Positions 22,709-34,957 are shown, numbered from the stretch's first letter. The stretch is 39,247 bases of DNA from Octopus bimaculoides (GCF_001194135.2 NC_068995.1:11497885-11537131), one strand, 5' to 3'. The notes: a model not told the origin generated them from the sequence alone. Made by a program: numbers and translations.

Positions 22709-24534
22709 TCAATTACACCCTCCATAGGAATTTTGATAATTTCGAGAAACAATCTATTTGTAAATACACACTTTCACAAGCCAATGTCTATACATATACC
22801 TACATAGGTACAGAAATATACACAGACAAAAAATACACACANNNNNNNNNNNNNNNNNNNNNNNNNNNNNNNNNNNNNNNNNNNNNNNNNNNNNNNNNNN
22901 NNNNNNNNNNNNNNNNNNNNNNNNNNNNNNNNNNNNNNNNNNNNNNNNNNNNNNNNNNNNNNNNNNNNNNNNNNNNNNNNNNNNNNNNNNNNNNNNNNNN
23001 NNNNNNNNNNNNNNNNNNNNNNNNNNNNNNNNNNNNNNNNNNNNNNNNNNNNNNNNNNNNNNNNNNNNNNNNNNNNNNNNNNNNNNNNNNNNNNNNNNNN
23101 NNNNNNNNNNNNNNNNNNNNNNNNNNNNNNNNNNNNNNNNNNNNNNNNNNNNNNNNNNNNNNNNNNNNNTATATAGGCACGCATTTATATATAAATCCGC
23201 ATGTGTATATATATATATATCTGTTTGTATACGTATATACATACATATACATATATATATTTATACACACACACACACACACTCACACACATATATATAG
23301 AGGGGCAACCACATGCACGCGTGCGTGTCTATTGTGTATGTACATATATATACGTCTCAGTGATAAGTCTCACAAATATTTTTATAGATGTCCCTATTGA
23401 AGACCCCTTTTACAAAGCCGTTTAGAATGTATTTCATTTTGAAGAGATATTTGTGTAAATGGACTTTATATTCATGTATTCCACGAATACAGCTATAACT
23501 ACGGTATTATATTCGTTTCATCGTGGTACGCTATAAAATACCATAATTCGCCATGATGCTTGCGTAGATTTGTGGGGAATAGTTTCATATTCAAAGAGAA
23601 AATTGTTTCGCTTCTAACGCTATAAACTCTAATATGTTATTGAATATATTACCAACCGTCATATTGGTCAGCATCCACCATTTTTTTTTCGATCTGCAAT
23701 GCAAGTTGCTTATTATTATTATCTTTTTTGTTTTTTGACTTTTTCAAACATTCCCTGCGACAAAGCTGACTATTTATTGTTTTAATCTACACAGGGAAAT
23801 GTTCTGTATATCCTTTTTATATGTAACGTTCTAAATATGTATCTTTTGGACATCGGATAGTTCTATATTGCTATTACATATGATTTAACTTCCTGATTTC
23901 ATTTCTGTTTTGTTAGCCCTGTCACGTCATCAAATCATGGAAGCTGTGTTTGTTTATTTTTTTTTCTGATGTTTCTATAGTCATAGGCAACATTCCAATG
24001 ATCAAAGATATTCGGACCGCCAACATTTCCAGATTACAATTTCTAGCCTATCTTTAAGTTTTAAACACGTTAATGTGCAATTTCAGAGTGATTTTGTTGT
24101 TCATTCTAGGAGATCGAGAAACCACATAGAGGTTGTATCACTGGCTCCGATATTAGATCTGTGATATCTGCTAAAAAGCCAGGAATAATTCTCTCAACTG
24201 CCTTCAGGTAGCATTCTTTCATGACTATTTAAATCAATTCAGATGGTTGTATATTTTTAGGTCGGCACCTATCTGGGTCAAATATTATAATTTTGAGAAA
24301 TTCATCACGCAATGAGATGCATTTCGAATGCGCAATTTTGTTATTTCTACTATTTTCAATGCGTATGTGGTAAAGAAATTTGGAAATCTAAACTCCATTG
24401 CATGTATACTCCATGATGGATATCGAAGATATCGTAATATAACATCTATTCATCTCAACATTTTCAAAAGAGTTTCCCCCTTTTCATTTTACCTAAAAGA
24501 TTATTATGACTAATAGCTGAAAAGCTGGTTGTAG

Positions 24535-24685
24535 ACGGCAAATCGTTAGAGCGAAAAGGTCAATATCTTATCTCAGTTGCTCCTGTTTGAAATATTGCCC
24601 AAGTCAACTTCGCTTTTCATCTATTAGGGTTTGACAAAATGGGATATACGATAAAATAGTCGAACCATTTCAGCGTGTTGAATTG
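24535..24685 (+). mobile_element. Degenerate SINE fragment
   Basis: GGCAAATCGTTAGAGCG...CCAAGTCAACTTCGCTTTTCATCTATTAGGGTTTGACAAAAT. Confidence 0.5.
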
Positions 24686-24779
24686 GGAGCCTCGCACGGT
24701 TCATACTAACATGTTTTTCTCGGGGATGATTATTGGATTTCTAGCATCCAGGGACTAGCTACCGATTTCAAGATAGTTA

Positions 24780-25335
24780 CGAGGGTGAGTCAAAAAGTAA
24801 TGCCATTTTGTTTAGGACAGGTATAATTACCAACACAGGAACATGTATCATACATCAAAATGAAGCTGGTCCTCTGTAGATCACATCCCTACTTCCCAAA
24901 ATAGTCACTGTTTCTCTCAATAGCAATGCTCCACCTTTGAATGAGAGCATGTATCCTTACTTCGTAAAATTCCGTTGACTGTTCTTTGAGCCACTTCTTC
25001 ACTACCTCCACACTCACCAGATTTAGTGTCTTCAGACTATCATCGCTTTGGCACCATGAAAGAGGGTTTGAGAGGCAAACATTATTCCAGTGATGAGGAA
25101 GTGAAACCTGTAGTGAAGAAGTGGCTCAGAGAACAGTCAACATAATTTTACGGGTCATGGATGCATGCTCCCATTCGAAGGTAGAACATTGCTGTTGAGA
25201 GAAACAGTGACTATGTTGAGAAGTAGGGATGTAATCCACAGAAGACCAGCTTCATTTTGATGTATGATACATGTTCCTGTGTTGGTAATTATACCTGCGC
25301 AAAACAAAAAGGCATTACTGTTTGACTCACCCTCG
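24780..25335. mobile_element. Palindromic non-autonomous mariner derivative (fold-back MITE) with TA target-site duplication
   Basis: TA|CGAGGGTGAGTCAAA...TTTGACTCACCCTCG|TA ends. Left arm 24780-25005 is the reverse complement of right arm 25110-25335 (about 226 bp, roughly 90% identical by eye), with a 104-bp spacer. Confidence 0.93.
25008..25226 (+). pseudogene. C-terminal fragment of a mariner transposase with two internal stops
   Basis: Translates PHSPDLVSSDYHRFGTMKEGLRGKHYSSDEEVKPVVKKWLREQST*FYGSWMHAPIRR*NIAVERNSDYVEK*, matching the mariner YSPDLAPSDY motif and the ...G.YVEK* C-terminus. Confidence 0.9.
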
Positions 25336-25610
25336 TACTTTGATTCCATGCACTAGTTTTAGATACAAAGAGCCGAAAAGACTAACCACATATCCCTAAG
25401 TATACGTTAAATAGTAGCTATTCAGGCGTCATTGGGCTTATGTTTCCCTTTCAATTGTTCTGGAGAAGTAAATCAAATAGACGTCAGTAAGACATCATAA
25501 TTTAGTACTAATTATATTTCTCTTTAACAAAATCACTTTTGGTAACAAAACACACAAAAACTAATTTTGGCTTATCTAAATTTCAGCATAAATTACAAAG
25601 TAAATATCCT

Positions 25611-25826
25611 TTTCTACCATAAATTAAATATCGCGCTTGACCACCAAATAAAGTTTCGCTTCACCACAATCCTAACCCCAAAGTTAATGTCATGTTTGAC
25701 CGCAAACATTATTCCAAATGAAATGTCAGTTTCTGACAAAAGACTTTAACCCGAACAAAATGTCGCCCTCGACCACAAATTAAATGTCATACTTTACCAC
25801 AACCAATTTCTCATCTTTGACCATAA
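25611..25826 (+). repeat. Degenerate minisatellite, unit about 23-40 bp, core TTGACCACAAATTAAATGTC
   Basis: About eight imperfect copies of (T/G)ACC(A/G)(C/T)A...AAATGTC, two with CCTAACCC/TTTAACCC inserts. Confidence 0.7.
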
Positions 25827-25852
25827 ACGAATCAGCGATATCGCCTATGTAC

Positions 25853-26057
25853 GTTTGCTCGACCTTCGGGGAATAGCAGCCAAATCTCCTGAAAGCAAGC
25901 CCTACTATCTTAAAGAGACAGCACAAATATACCAAAGTTATCGGAGACTAAAAACACAGCTCTGGCACGAATGGAACGCCTTTCAACCGTATGCTTGCCA
26001 GATCAGGTCTGACGTGGGGTTAAAAAAGGCAGTAGCAACAACAAACAGCAACAACAC
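25853..26057 (+). mobile_element. 3' part of the same (AAC)n-tailed SINE family
   Basis: GGAATAGCAGCCAAATCTC...GGAACGCCTTT...GATCAGGTCTGACGTGGGGTTAAA...GCAACAACAAACAGCAACAAC. Confidence 0.65.
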
Positions 26058-26414
26058 CTTCATAAGTAGCATTGTATACACTTCACTATTCACTAGAAAA
26101 TATCGAATATATTATTTATCACTCATTTTAATTACAGGGCATGTGGTAAGTCTGTTAAACTAAGACTGGATTATTCTGTACAATACGATAATCGATGTCT
26201 TATAGTTCTTTGAATCTGACTTGTTTAAATAGAGATAAACTACAAAGAAGTTCACTATATTGGCATAATCGGGGGGAAAATCTCTGATCAATTCTCTTTA
26301 AGATTGCTTTCATATAGTTTCAATGCCGATTTTTCTTTTCTTTTTTTTTTTTCTTTCTCGTTCTTTCTTTCTTCTTGGCAGCCAACAAGATGACATCTAA
26401 TGAGAAAACATTCT

Positions 26415-26597
26415 TGGCTGTGTGGGTGAGATGTTCAATTATCAACCACGGGGTTTCGAGTTTATGACCGCAGGGTACTATGCTGGGCTTTGGTCGACCC
26501 GGTGGTGCTATAGCAGAAGACACTCGTTCCATCTACCACGCAGTAGGACTGAACCCAAGGCTAGGAAGCATCATTCTCAATCACATAGTCACGACTA
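26415..26597. mobile_element. Two degenerate SINE head fragments in opposite orientations
   Basis: Plus head GGCTGTGTGGGTGAG... (about 26415-26465) and minus head ...CTATAGCAGAAGACACT...GGACTGAACCC (about 26466-26597), same family as 26857-27183. Confidence 0.6.
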
Positions 26598-26624
26598 AGT
26601 ATGTGAAGTCTTTTACTCGCTTCA

Positions 26625-26856
26625 TATTTCTTTACTGCCCACAAGGGGCTACACACAGAGGGGACAAACAAGGACAGACAAACGGATTAAGTCGGTTATA
26701 TCGACCCCAGTGCGTAACTGGTACTTAATTTATCGACCCCGAAAGGATGAAAGGCAAAGTCGACCTCGGCGGAATTTGAACTCAGAACGTAACGGCAGAC
26801 GGAATACCGCTAAGCATTTCGCCCGGTGTGCTAACGTTTCTGCCAGCTCACCGCCT
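26625..26856 (-). mobile_element. Young SINE (GGCGGTGAGCTGGCAGAA head; Deu/Nin-like central domain) inserted in the tail of an older SINE
   Basis: Close to the same family consensus as copies at 3807-4012 and 2302-2445. Flanked by TCTTTTACTCG(C/T)TTCA at 26609-26624 and 26857-26872. Confidence 0.88.
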
Positions 26857-27183
26857 TCTTTTACTCGTTTCAGTCATGTGACTGCGGCCATGCTTGAGCA
26901 CCACCTAAAAGTGTTTTAGTCGAAGCAATCGATCCCAGGACTATTTTTTTGTTTTGTAAGTGTAGGACTTATTTCATTTGTCAGTTTCTTTGGCCGAACC
27001 GCTAGGGCACGGGGAAGTACATACACGACTGACGTCTTTCAGTGTCTGTCTACTAAATAAATTCCCAAGGATTTGGTCGGCCCGAAGCTATATTAGAAGA
27101 CACTTGCCCAAGGTGTCACGCAGTGGGACTGAACCCGTAAGAATGTGGTTGGGAAGCAAGTTTCTTACCACACAACCATGCCT
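26857..27183 (-). mobile_element. tRNA-derived SINE (GTGTGGTAAGAAACTTGCTTCCCAACCAC head family)
   Basis: Minus-strand head GGTTGTGTGGTAAGAAACTTGCTTCCCAACCACATTCTTACGGGTTCAGTCCCACTGCGTGACACCTTGGGCAAGTGTCTTCT; tail ...CATGGCCGCAGTC...GAAACGAGTAAAAGA. Confidence 0.85.
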
Positions 27184-28043
27184 AAATGAATAAATAAAAC
27201 AAAGCAATAGAATAAAGATAAATAATAACCTGGTTCAAATCCCAGAGTATATGTTTCTATCAATCTAACATGACCTTCATCAAAAGAAGGAGAAATAAAT
27301 TCTGACTGTTTTTTACCTTTTGTGAGATCTATATTAAGAAGTTAATCCGTATGTGTGTAGGTGGCAAATTTGATAGGGGATAAAAATGGGGTCAAGAGGG
27401 TGAAATGTCATGTACGAAGGCCGTTTAAAAGATCGGAAGTATGAAGTAAAACAGGAAGAGGGATAAGAGATAAAAAAATAAAAAATAAATATGAATTGTA
27501 TATTATATACTCTGGAAACTAACGGAAATAGCAGTGATAAAATTATGGAAAAGAATCTTTCGAATTAATATACGTGACCTTTATAACTGCAGACTAGTAA
27601 AACGGCAATAATTACGAAAAAACATGGACTTGGAAAAAGGTGTTACGGTGATTAGAAAATTGGTTTGATTAAAGTTAATTCAGGAAGAAATGGTCGATCG
27701 CAAATATGAATGAGTAATTCAGAAGTAAGCTTACTGGCCATATGAAACCAAAGTTTTATCGCAATGCGCGTGGCAGTTCGCGTAAGGGTTTTCTACCCCA
27801 AAATATCGAGTATACTAATATATTGTGATTAGAATTGGGTGGATCCTGTGCCTAGGAATATATATGCATTTGCCTATGAGTACAGGCATATATACATGTA
27901 TATATATATATATATATATATNNNNNNNNNNNNNNNNNNNNNNNNNNNNNNNNNNNNNNNNNNNNNNNNNNNNNNNNNNNNNNNNNNNNNNNNNNNNNNN
28001 NNNNNNNNNNNNNNNNNNNNNNNNNNTATATATCAACACACAC

Positions 28044-28179
28044 ACGAAGGCACCACATGAGCACCAATATCGCTAAAAATAGAAGTTAAAGATACTTCTG
28101 TACCACAGATTATTCTGTAGTACTGAAGTATTTTTGACTTCTATTATTAGCGATGTAGGTGTTCGTGTGGTACCTTCGT
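28044..28179. repeat. Gap-free inverted repeat (66-bp arms, 4-nt loop) within a TA/CA microsatellite; probable fold-back MITE
   Basis: 28044-28109 pairs with 28114-28179 in register, 56/66 Watson-Crick, loop TTAT. Confidence 0.9.
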
Positions 28180-28239
28180 ATGTGGATATGTATATATATG
28201 TACATACACACACACGCACACACACGCACACACACACGC

Positions 28240-28290
<51 letters not shown>

Positions 28291-28424
28291 AACACATATA
28301 TATATAATAGTATATATCTTGTATGTATATATTTTATTAATTTGCCTGTACGGCTGAGAAACACGCTTGCCACTCGTAATGGTATTTTAATAATATCAGC
28401 AATAATAATAATAATAATAATAAC

Positions 28425-28465
<41 letters not shown>

Positions 28466-28534
28466 TAACAATGATGATGATGATGAAGAGGATAATGGTT
28501 TCTACTCTAAGTCAAAGGGAAGTATTTAGTCGCA

Positions 28535-28860
28535 TGCATCGACCGCTGTAGTTGACTGGTACTTCATTCTATCGATCTCAATATGATGGAAGGAAAAGTG
28601 AATCTCGGAGGAGTTCGAACTCACAACTTAAGCCAGGATAAATTGCTGCTAAGCATCTTGTTCGGCGTGCGCCCTTCTGCACATGCCAGATAACAGTAGT
28701 TTCTAAAGTTGACTTCGGTCTACAAATGTTTGATTAAAGATGATTGATAGCACTGTTTTTTAAAACATAAAATCGAGCTACACAGAATTTGAACTCAGAA
28801 CGTGGCAACACGTAACTAATCAGCATATTCAGCGCCTCACCAATTCCTCACCCCGCCATT
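28535..28860 (-). mobile_element. Two degenerate SINE fragments
   Basis: GACTGGTACTTCATTCTATCGATCTC...GGAGGAGTTCGAACTC...GCTAAGCATC and AAAGTTGACTTC...GAATTTGAACTCAGAACGT. Confidence 0.6.
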
Positions 28861-29520
28861 TCATGACTCTCTATCCAATACGAATTGACGTAATACACAA
28901 TCGTTCGCACGTCATCTTAAATATTTCATAACCAATGGTTTTTGCAAGAAAATGCAAAAATATCTCGGAACATTCATCTGACGTCCTGCTATCTTCTAGA
29001 ATTTTCGATTCTTTACTGATGGTTATGTGAGAAGACAGAACAGGGCAGTTGATTTAGTTTATGACAAGCCGTACAGCTTGTATCATCCCATATCAACGTT
29101 AAGATTATTCTGGACCATATAGCGTATAGATTATTCCAAGATTGATTGCATCCAAGGCGTTATTTTATGTTGTATATGAAAGATTCACTGACGTGATTCG
29201 AACATCTATTGTGTTCCTTATAATATGAATTACTTGTCTTATCAACTGGTTAAAATTTATACTTTCCAACTGATGTAACACATACCAACTTTCTCACCTA
29301 TATATATATATATATATATACATACATACATACATACATATATATACATATATATGCATACATACATACATACATACACACACATACACAGACACACACA
29401 TATACATGTATATACACGCACACAGAAATATATATATATATATATATACATCAATTTACATGTTTAAAGAAAAGTACACCTATTGATATCGTGATAAAAG
29501 GATTCGTTCGCAACCAAGTT

Positions 29521-30261
29521 GTTTGGGGTGTGTCCTATACTCATTATTTTAATCATTTTAACCTATGCCTGCATCAACTGTAGGTGAGTGATTGGATGCG
29601 GTTGAAGAAAACTGCAATGTTGACGGGGACTCAACAGACGTCCGTCCAATATATATGCTCTATGAACAGTAATGGCTGTTAGACGTGACACGGACAACTG
29701 CAACGTAGACTATAAGCCATGGCCAGGAGGAAGAGACACAGCAGGCGTTCTGACTGCGTCCGCACGCCAGATTTAACCCCCGCCCAACATCTTTTAAAAG
29801 GGTCTTAGGCTCAAATCAAACGGTTATGTGGAGCTGCTGAAGACTAGTCAAACTTTGGCCGAAGTGGGTTGCTGCTGAAAGGCCATATGAATTCGGTTCC
29901 TTGGCATACCTCCGGAAAAGAGTCAGAAGTGGTTCTCGAAGAATTTCTACGACTACAACATCCTCAGCTTCTGGTTTCCCTGATTGTAGTGTCCTGAGTT
30001 GCGCGATTGAGAAAAATATCAACCGTTCTACCTGCAACACCGAGGATTGGCTGATTGCCAAGTTCAAGGAGGTGTTCAATGCTTTCAGAACAGTTCTGAG
30101 ACCGTGGTGGAAGCTGACGGCAGCGACTTTGAGTAATCTGTTATCTCCCAACCATAACCAAGTCGATAATTTTTGATCTTTTAAATTACTGGGGTTTTTT
30201 TATGGAGTATTGTGTTTTCTTCCCCTTTTATGCAAACTCTCAAATTTAGCTCGAACACTGT
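29521..30261 (+). mobile_element. Degenerate, internally deleted Tc1/mariner-superfamily transposon (maT/DD37D-like); boundaries approximate
   Basis: Frameshifted segments MARRKRHSRRSDCVRTPD (from 29719), PPNIF*KGLRLKSNGYVELLKT, VAAERPY, PWHTSGK, SQKWFSKNFYDY, W.P/PDC, AIEKNINRSTCNTEDWLIAKFKEVF, ETVVEADGSDFE* (stop 30136) follow the order of a Tc1/maT transposase. Eroded GGGTG.../...CACTGT termini. Confidence 0.8.
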
Positions 30262-30829
30262 GTGTGTGCACAGAAAGAAAGAGAGAGAGAGGAAAGAGAG
30301 AGTGAGTGGGGAGAGAGAGAGAAAGGCAGTGTGATGAACATAAATACTTGCGTTTGAGTGACCTACATGCGTTGATATATGCGAGAATACGCAGGTTTGC
30401 CGAATCGAAACAATTGCTTGTCTTTCAAGATAGAGTGTGGGAGCATTATATATTGCTAATATATTACTAACATATTGTTACATGACAGCTTCGTGTATAG
30501 GCCTCTATAGCATGAATACGAACGTGAAAACTAGATAGCTATTACATAAATAGAAAGATATTTATTTTTCCCCTGGTCTCTTTCCTATCTTTACATTATT
30601 CATTCACTGGCAACGTTTTCATTGTATGCATGGAAACATAGTGGCGAGAGCTGAAATAATAAATAGATAAATAAATAAATATACGAATGCGTTCACTAGG
30701 CATTTTACTGACATCACAAATAACATCAGTGAAAGTCATAAGCTACACTCGCCCTGTTTCATATCTCGATTTACTATGCTCACCCCAAACTCAAATTTAT
30801 TAAGGAAATCTATAAGTGGTCCTTGGTTT

Positions 30830-31040
30830 TGATTAGAAACGGCAGTGAAGTGTTTTGAGTCTTAACTTATTGCCGTAAAAAATCGCTAAGCAGAATTTCT
30901 TTCGTCTTATGTTCTGAGTTCAAATTCGGCGGAGGTTGGCTCTACCATTCATCCTTTAGGGGCCAATAAAAAAAAGTGCCAGTAAGAAATGTCGTGGCAA
31001 TCGAGTTACCCACACATCGCAATTGCTGGCCTTGTGAAAA
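30830..31040 (+). mobile_element. Degenerate SINE (Deu/Nin-like family)
   Basis: ATGTTCTGAGTTCAAATTCGGCGGAGGTTGGCTCTACCATTCATCCTTTAGGGGCCAATAAAA. Confidence 0.65.
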
Positions 31041-31751
31041 AAATAAACGATTATTAAAAGACAATGTTCACTTAATGAGGTTTCATAAGAACGAAAGTTA
31101 TCCATATTTATAACAAGACTGAGAAAATTTAGATTCATTCTCAACACCATGCCATATTTAACGGACATTTTCATGAATTTTAATGTCTGTGTTGTCTACA
31201 CTGTCCCTTTTTTTTTTTTTTTACACAGCGATTAATAATATAGACAAAATTTTGTTTTCATTTCTAATACGTATCATACAAATAAATGGAAGTTTCGTGG
31301 TTTACTGCATTGAATATGTTCGTGACTAATTTATTGTTGCAGGAAGGTATTAGTTTATAACTTCCTGGTTTCGTAGTAAATTAGTTAAATGGACATTTGT
31401 TTTTGTTTTTTTTTTTTGTTTGATAATGTTAGATGTGAGAGATGTAGATATAAGGCGGAAGGGTTAGAGAGAAAGAGAGGGATGAAAGAGGGGGTTGTGA
31501 TTGAGAGAAAAAGAGAGGGGTGAGAGAGGGGGAGAGATAGAGAAAGAAAGAGACAGATATAGAGGAAGCCCGCGTAGGAAAATGTATAACCAACAGAAAT
31601 GCAGACAAACATATAGACAGTAAACAGTCCAATGATGTATGTATGTCTACAAGGCTCCATCTTTGGGATGTAGTCAACACAGACGAATGAACGTGCGCGC
31701 GTGTGTGTATATATTCATGCATGTATATATGTACACATCTCTCTCTCTCTC

Positions 31752-31803
<52 letters not shown>

Positions 31804-31845
31804 TATAGATATGACAGAGAGAAAGAAGACGAGAGATCCAAAGAT

Positions 31846-31898
<53 letters not shown>

Positions 31899-32819
31899 CG
31901 TATGTAACGGGATAGTTAGAAAGGTAAGAAAACGGAGGCCAATGGAAAAGAGACTGGATATGTCTACTAGAAACATTGGTCAATATATCCATGATCAACG
32001 AGACAGACACGGATGGACATTTAAACAGTTAGACAGAAATAGAGTTATTGAAACACGGGCCTTATGATAAACATTGAATGGCACAGACGTAGAGACAAAC
32101 AGCTATACAGACAAACTAACAGACAGACGTGGAGACAGACAGCGACAGACATGTGTAGACAGATAAAAAGCGGGAGACGTAGAAAAAGTGAGGAGATTGA
32201 ATTACACATCGGCAACAAACTTAGAAACACAGTCAGGCCGACACACAGGCAAAGAAATTATGAGTAGAGAAAGACAGAGATAAACAAATGCAGCGATAGA
32301 GAAAAATGTGTAAAGAGAGAGACAGAACTATTAAGAGACAGATAGATAGATAGATGATAGAGAGATGAACGGTGAGAAAGAAAGAGTCGGAAGCAAGGGG
32401 AGGTAAGAAGAAAGACTGAGGTAGCGTCTTCTATTGACTTTCTGACTAAAAACAAATTGTGTAATGACTGTCTAGTCTATCTATTTTCGGGTAAATTTCA
32501 ATTTCGTTGTCTATTTTTATGAATAAGTACACATAGAACACCGTTCAATTTATAATCATTATTTAACATTATTGAAATCTAAATAATATTGATATCATCT
32601 GATAAATGTACCAGTGTAATTTATAAGTAAAAAAAAAAACAAATGATGTTCTTGGATATTATTAAATGGCGAGCGAGTGTATCAATTTTTTTTTTCTCAC
32701 ACGTTGGAGCCACGTTGTGTTTCTTATTTGATGGATCGTAACGTACATTCATTGTCTTATTAAATTCAGGGCATTTCATAGTAAATTGCAAGAAGTATTA
32801 AGACGTTATAAATGATCGA

Positions 32820-33060
32820 AATCATAGTGTAATTGCAGAAGCGGTAGAGCCTTGGACAAAATACTATTCAATATTTCCTCTAGCATTCTGAGTTCAGTTC
32901 ATGCTGTGGTTAACGTTGTCTTTTATCTTTCCAGAGTCGATAAATAAAGTCCCAGTCTACGATGATAGACCGATGGAATCGTTGGAGCTTGGGCTTCCTT
33001 GCAGTGTTTGTTCCGGCTTTTTGTGTTCTGAGTTCAAATTCCAGCCTATATGAAGGGTAG
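32820..33060 (+). mobile_element. Degenerate SINE fragments
   Basis: GCATTCTGAGTTCAGTTC...CTTTTATCTTTCCAGAGTCGATAAATAAAGTCCCAGT and a second GTTCTGAGTTCAAATTCCAGCC. Confidence 0.6.
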
Positions 33061-34058
33061 ATTTAATTGATCTCCTGCTTCAACATATTTTGCTTACCTT
33101 TGTCAAATCTCTCTCATGTACATGCATTTCAGCATCGTCTCTGGTTTAAGTTTGTTTTTCTTCCTCCATCTCTTCCTTCCACCACTCTCAGTGACCCTGT
33201 AAAGTGCCATGAGTACCCCCACCCACGTCGAACTAAGCGATAAAAAATGTCCTACGCATCGGTAAAAACACCCCACCTATCTTAAAGCTATAAACAACAG
33301 TATCGCTGTTTATTTAGGAGTGTTTTGTCGACAGCCAGAGTTGATATCAAATAACTAAATTTCGTCATAGCTTAGAATAATATTCTTTTGAAGTACTGGA
33401 GTGTTAATCACATGTCCAACCGTATAGCAAATACAATAGACTTGAAACAAAATGACTTCTATGTAGCTTATGTCTACATTCTTTTAGCAGTTCCTTTTAG
33501 ATCACTACTTCGACAAGCAAATAAAAGTTATATTTCATTGATGTGGTCGGAATAATACTGAGGCCTGTCTGGTGTGTCGCCCCTTAATTTTTGGGAACAA
33601 GTAAATAATGTGTGTCATTGAAAGATATCGTTTCCTTTTTTATCTTCTTTATTGCGTATCTATTTCAAGTTTATTCATAAGTTTATAAATAAATTAATTA
33701 ATGAATAATGTTTTTCGAGAAGACATAAGGCAACTTAATACGAGCGGAGAAATTTCTTAGAGCCAATATCTACAACAAAAAAATCGATGGAGGTACTTTT
33801 CAAGTTCTTAGTATAGGAAATGAATTACGGACCAGAATTCTACTTTGGTGTGAATGGAAATCAGAACAGAAAAGACAGAAAAAAAAAAAAATAACACGAA
33901 TCCAAATGGCAATTCTACAAAGCGTTTAATTCTTCAGTCTACAGTTTCTGTCAACTCTTCAATCGCGGATAGAACTTTCTATATTTCCTTTCTTTTATTT
34001 TCCCCTCTTTCTTTCTCTCTTTCTCTCTTTCTTTCTTTCTTTCTTTCTTACTTTCATG

Positions 34059-34106
<48 letters not shown>

Positions 34107-34957
34107 ATTGATTGATTAATGGATTGATTAATAACATGCTAAGACAAACAAGACTTTGTCTCATAATGAGGCATTTATCTATAAAGCTGTGTAAGAAATT
34201 TAAAACTTTCCTCATTCGCTCTCATTATATTGGCCAATACCGAAAGACAGTTTTATTATTTCTTATAAACCTAATTTACTTATATCATTCCGAAACGAAA
34301 GCAAATTAATTTATTTCCTGAAATCTTCTTAGTATATTTAAATAAGAACATTTCAGATAATGTTTAACAGTATTATATTCCCTGTTCGCTCTAAGTGTTA
34401 TTTGATTAGTTTTAAATTATATCCACTCGTGATAATAACTACAGCATTCAACCTTTTTTCTTTTCTTTTTCTTTATTTTTTTTTTCATTTGGCACTAATC
34501 CTTAATTTGTCTTAGAGTAACCAGATAAATAAAAACGTACAAACTCAGATACGCACACTGCTATATTCGTTCATTTACAATATATACGTATTATATACAT
34601 TAATACTCAATCACAGACTCATATATACGCAATTACATACCTACATACACTGATGTACAATCACAAACGTTCATACGCAATCCCGTATAATACTATACAT
34701 TCACAAATGCACACAAAACCTCACGTAAAGACTATGATTACAGCACAGATAATAAAGGGATCTACCATATTATGGTTACGCCATATAAACCTATGATTGT
34801 CAGCTGAAATGGTTCACTATACTAAAATGAGTTGAACGAACATTACATAACGGTATGTGCTACAAACAGGTCGCTTACGAACACAAGTATTCAAAGGGCA
34901 AATTAAAAATAAGCTAATTATCACGTGATAGAATAACGTAGCAATTTAATCTGCCAG

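Noticed and set aside
25611-25826. Repeat-spacer-like periodicity suggesting a CRISPR array
   Set aside because: Units are degenerate and contiguous with no conserved repeat or unique spacers; eukaryotic context and no cas genes.
29816-30176. ORFs of 91 and 111 aa in the track
   Set aside because: Partial or antisense frames of the decayed transposase; the homologous reading switches frame several times.
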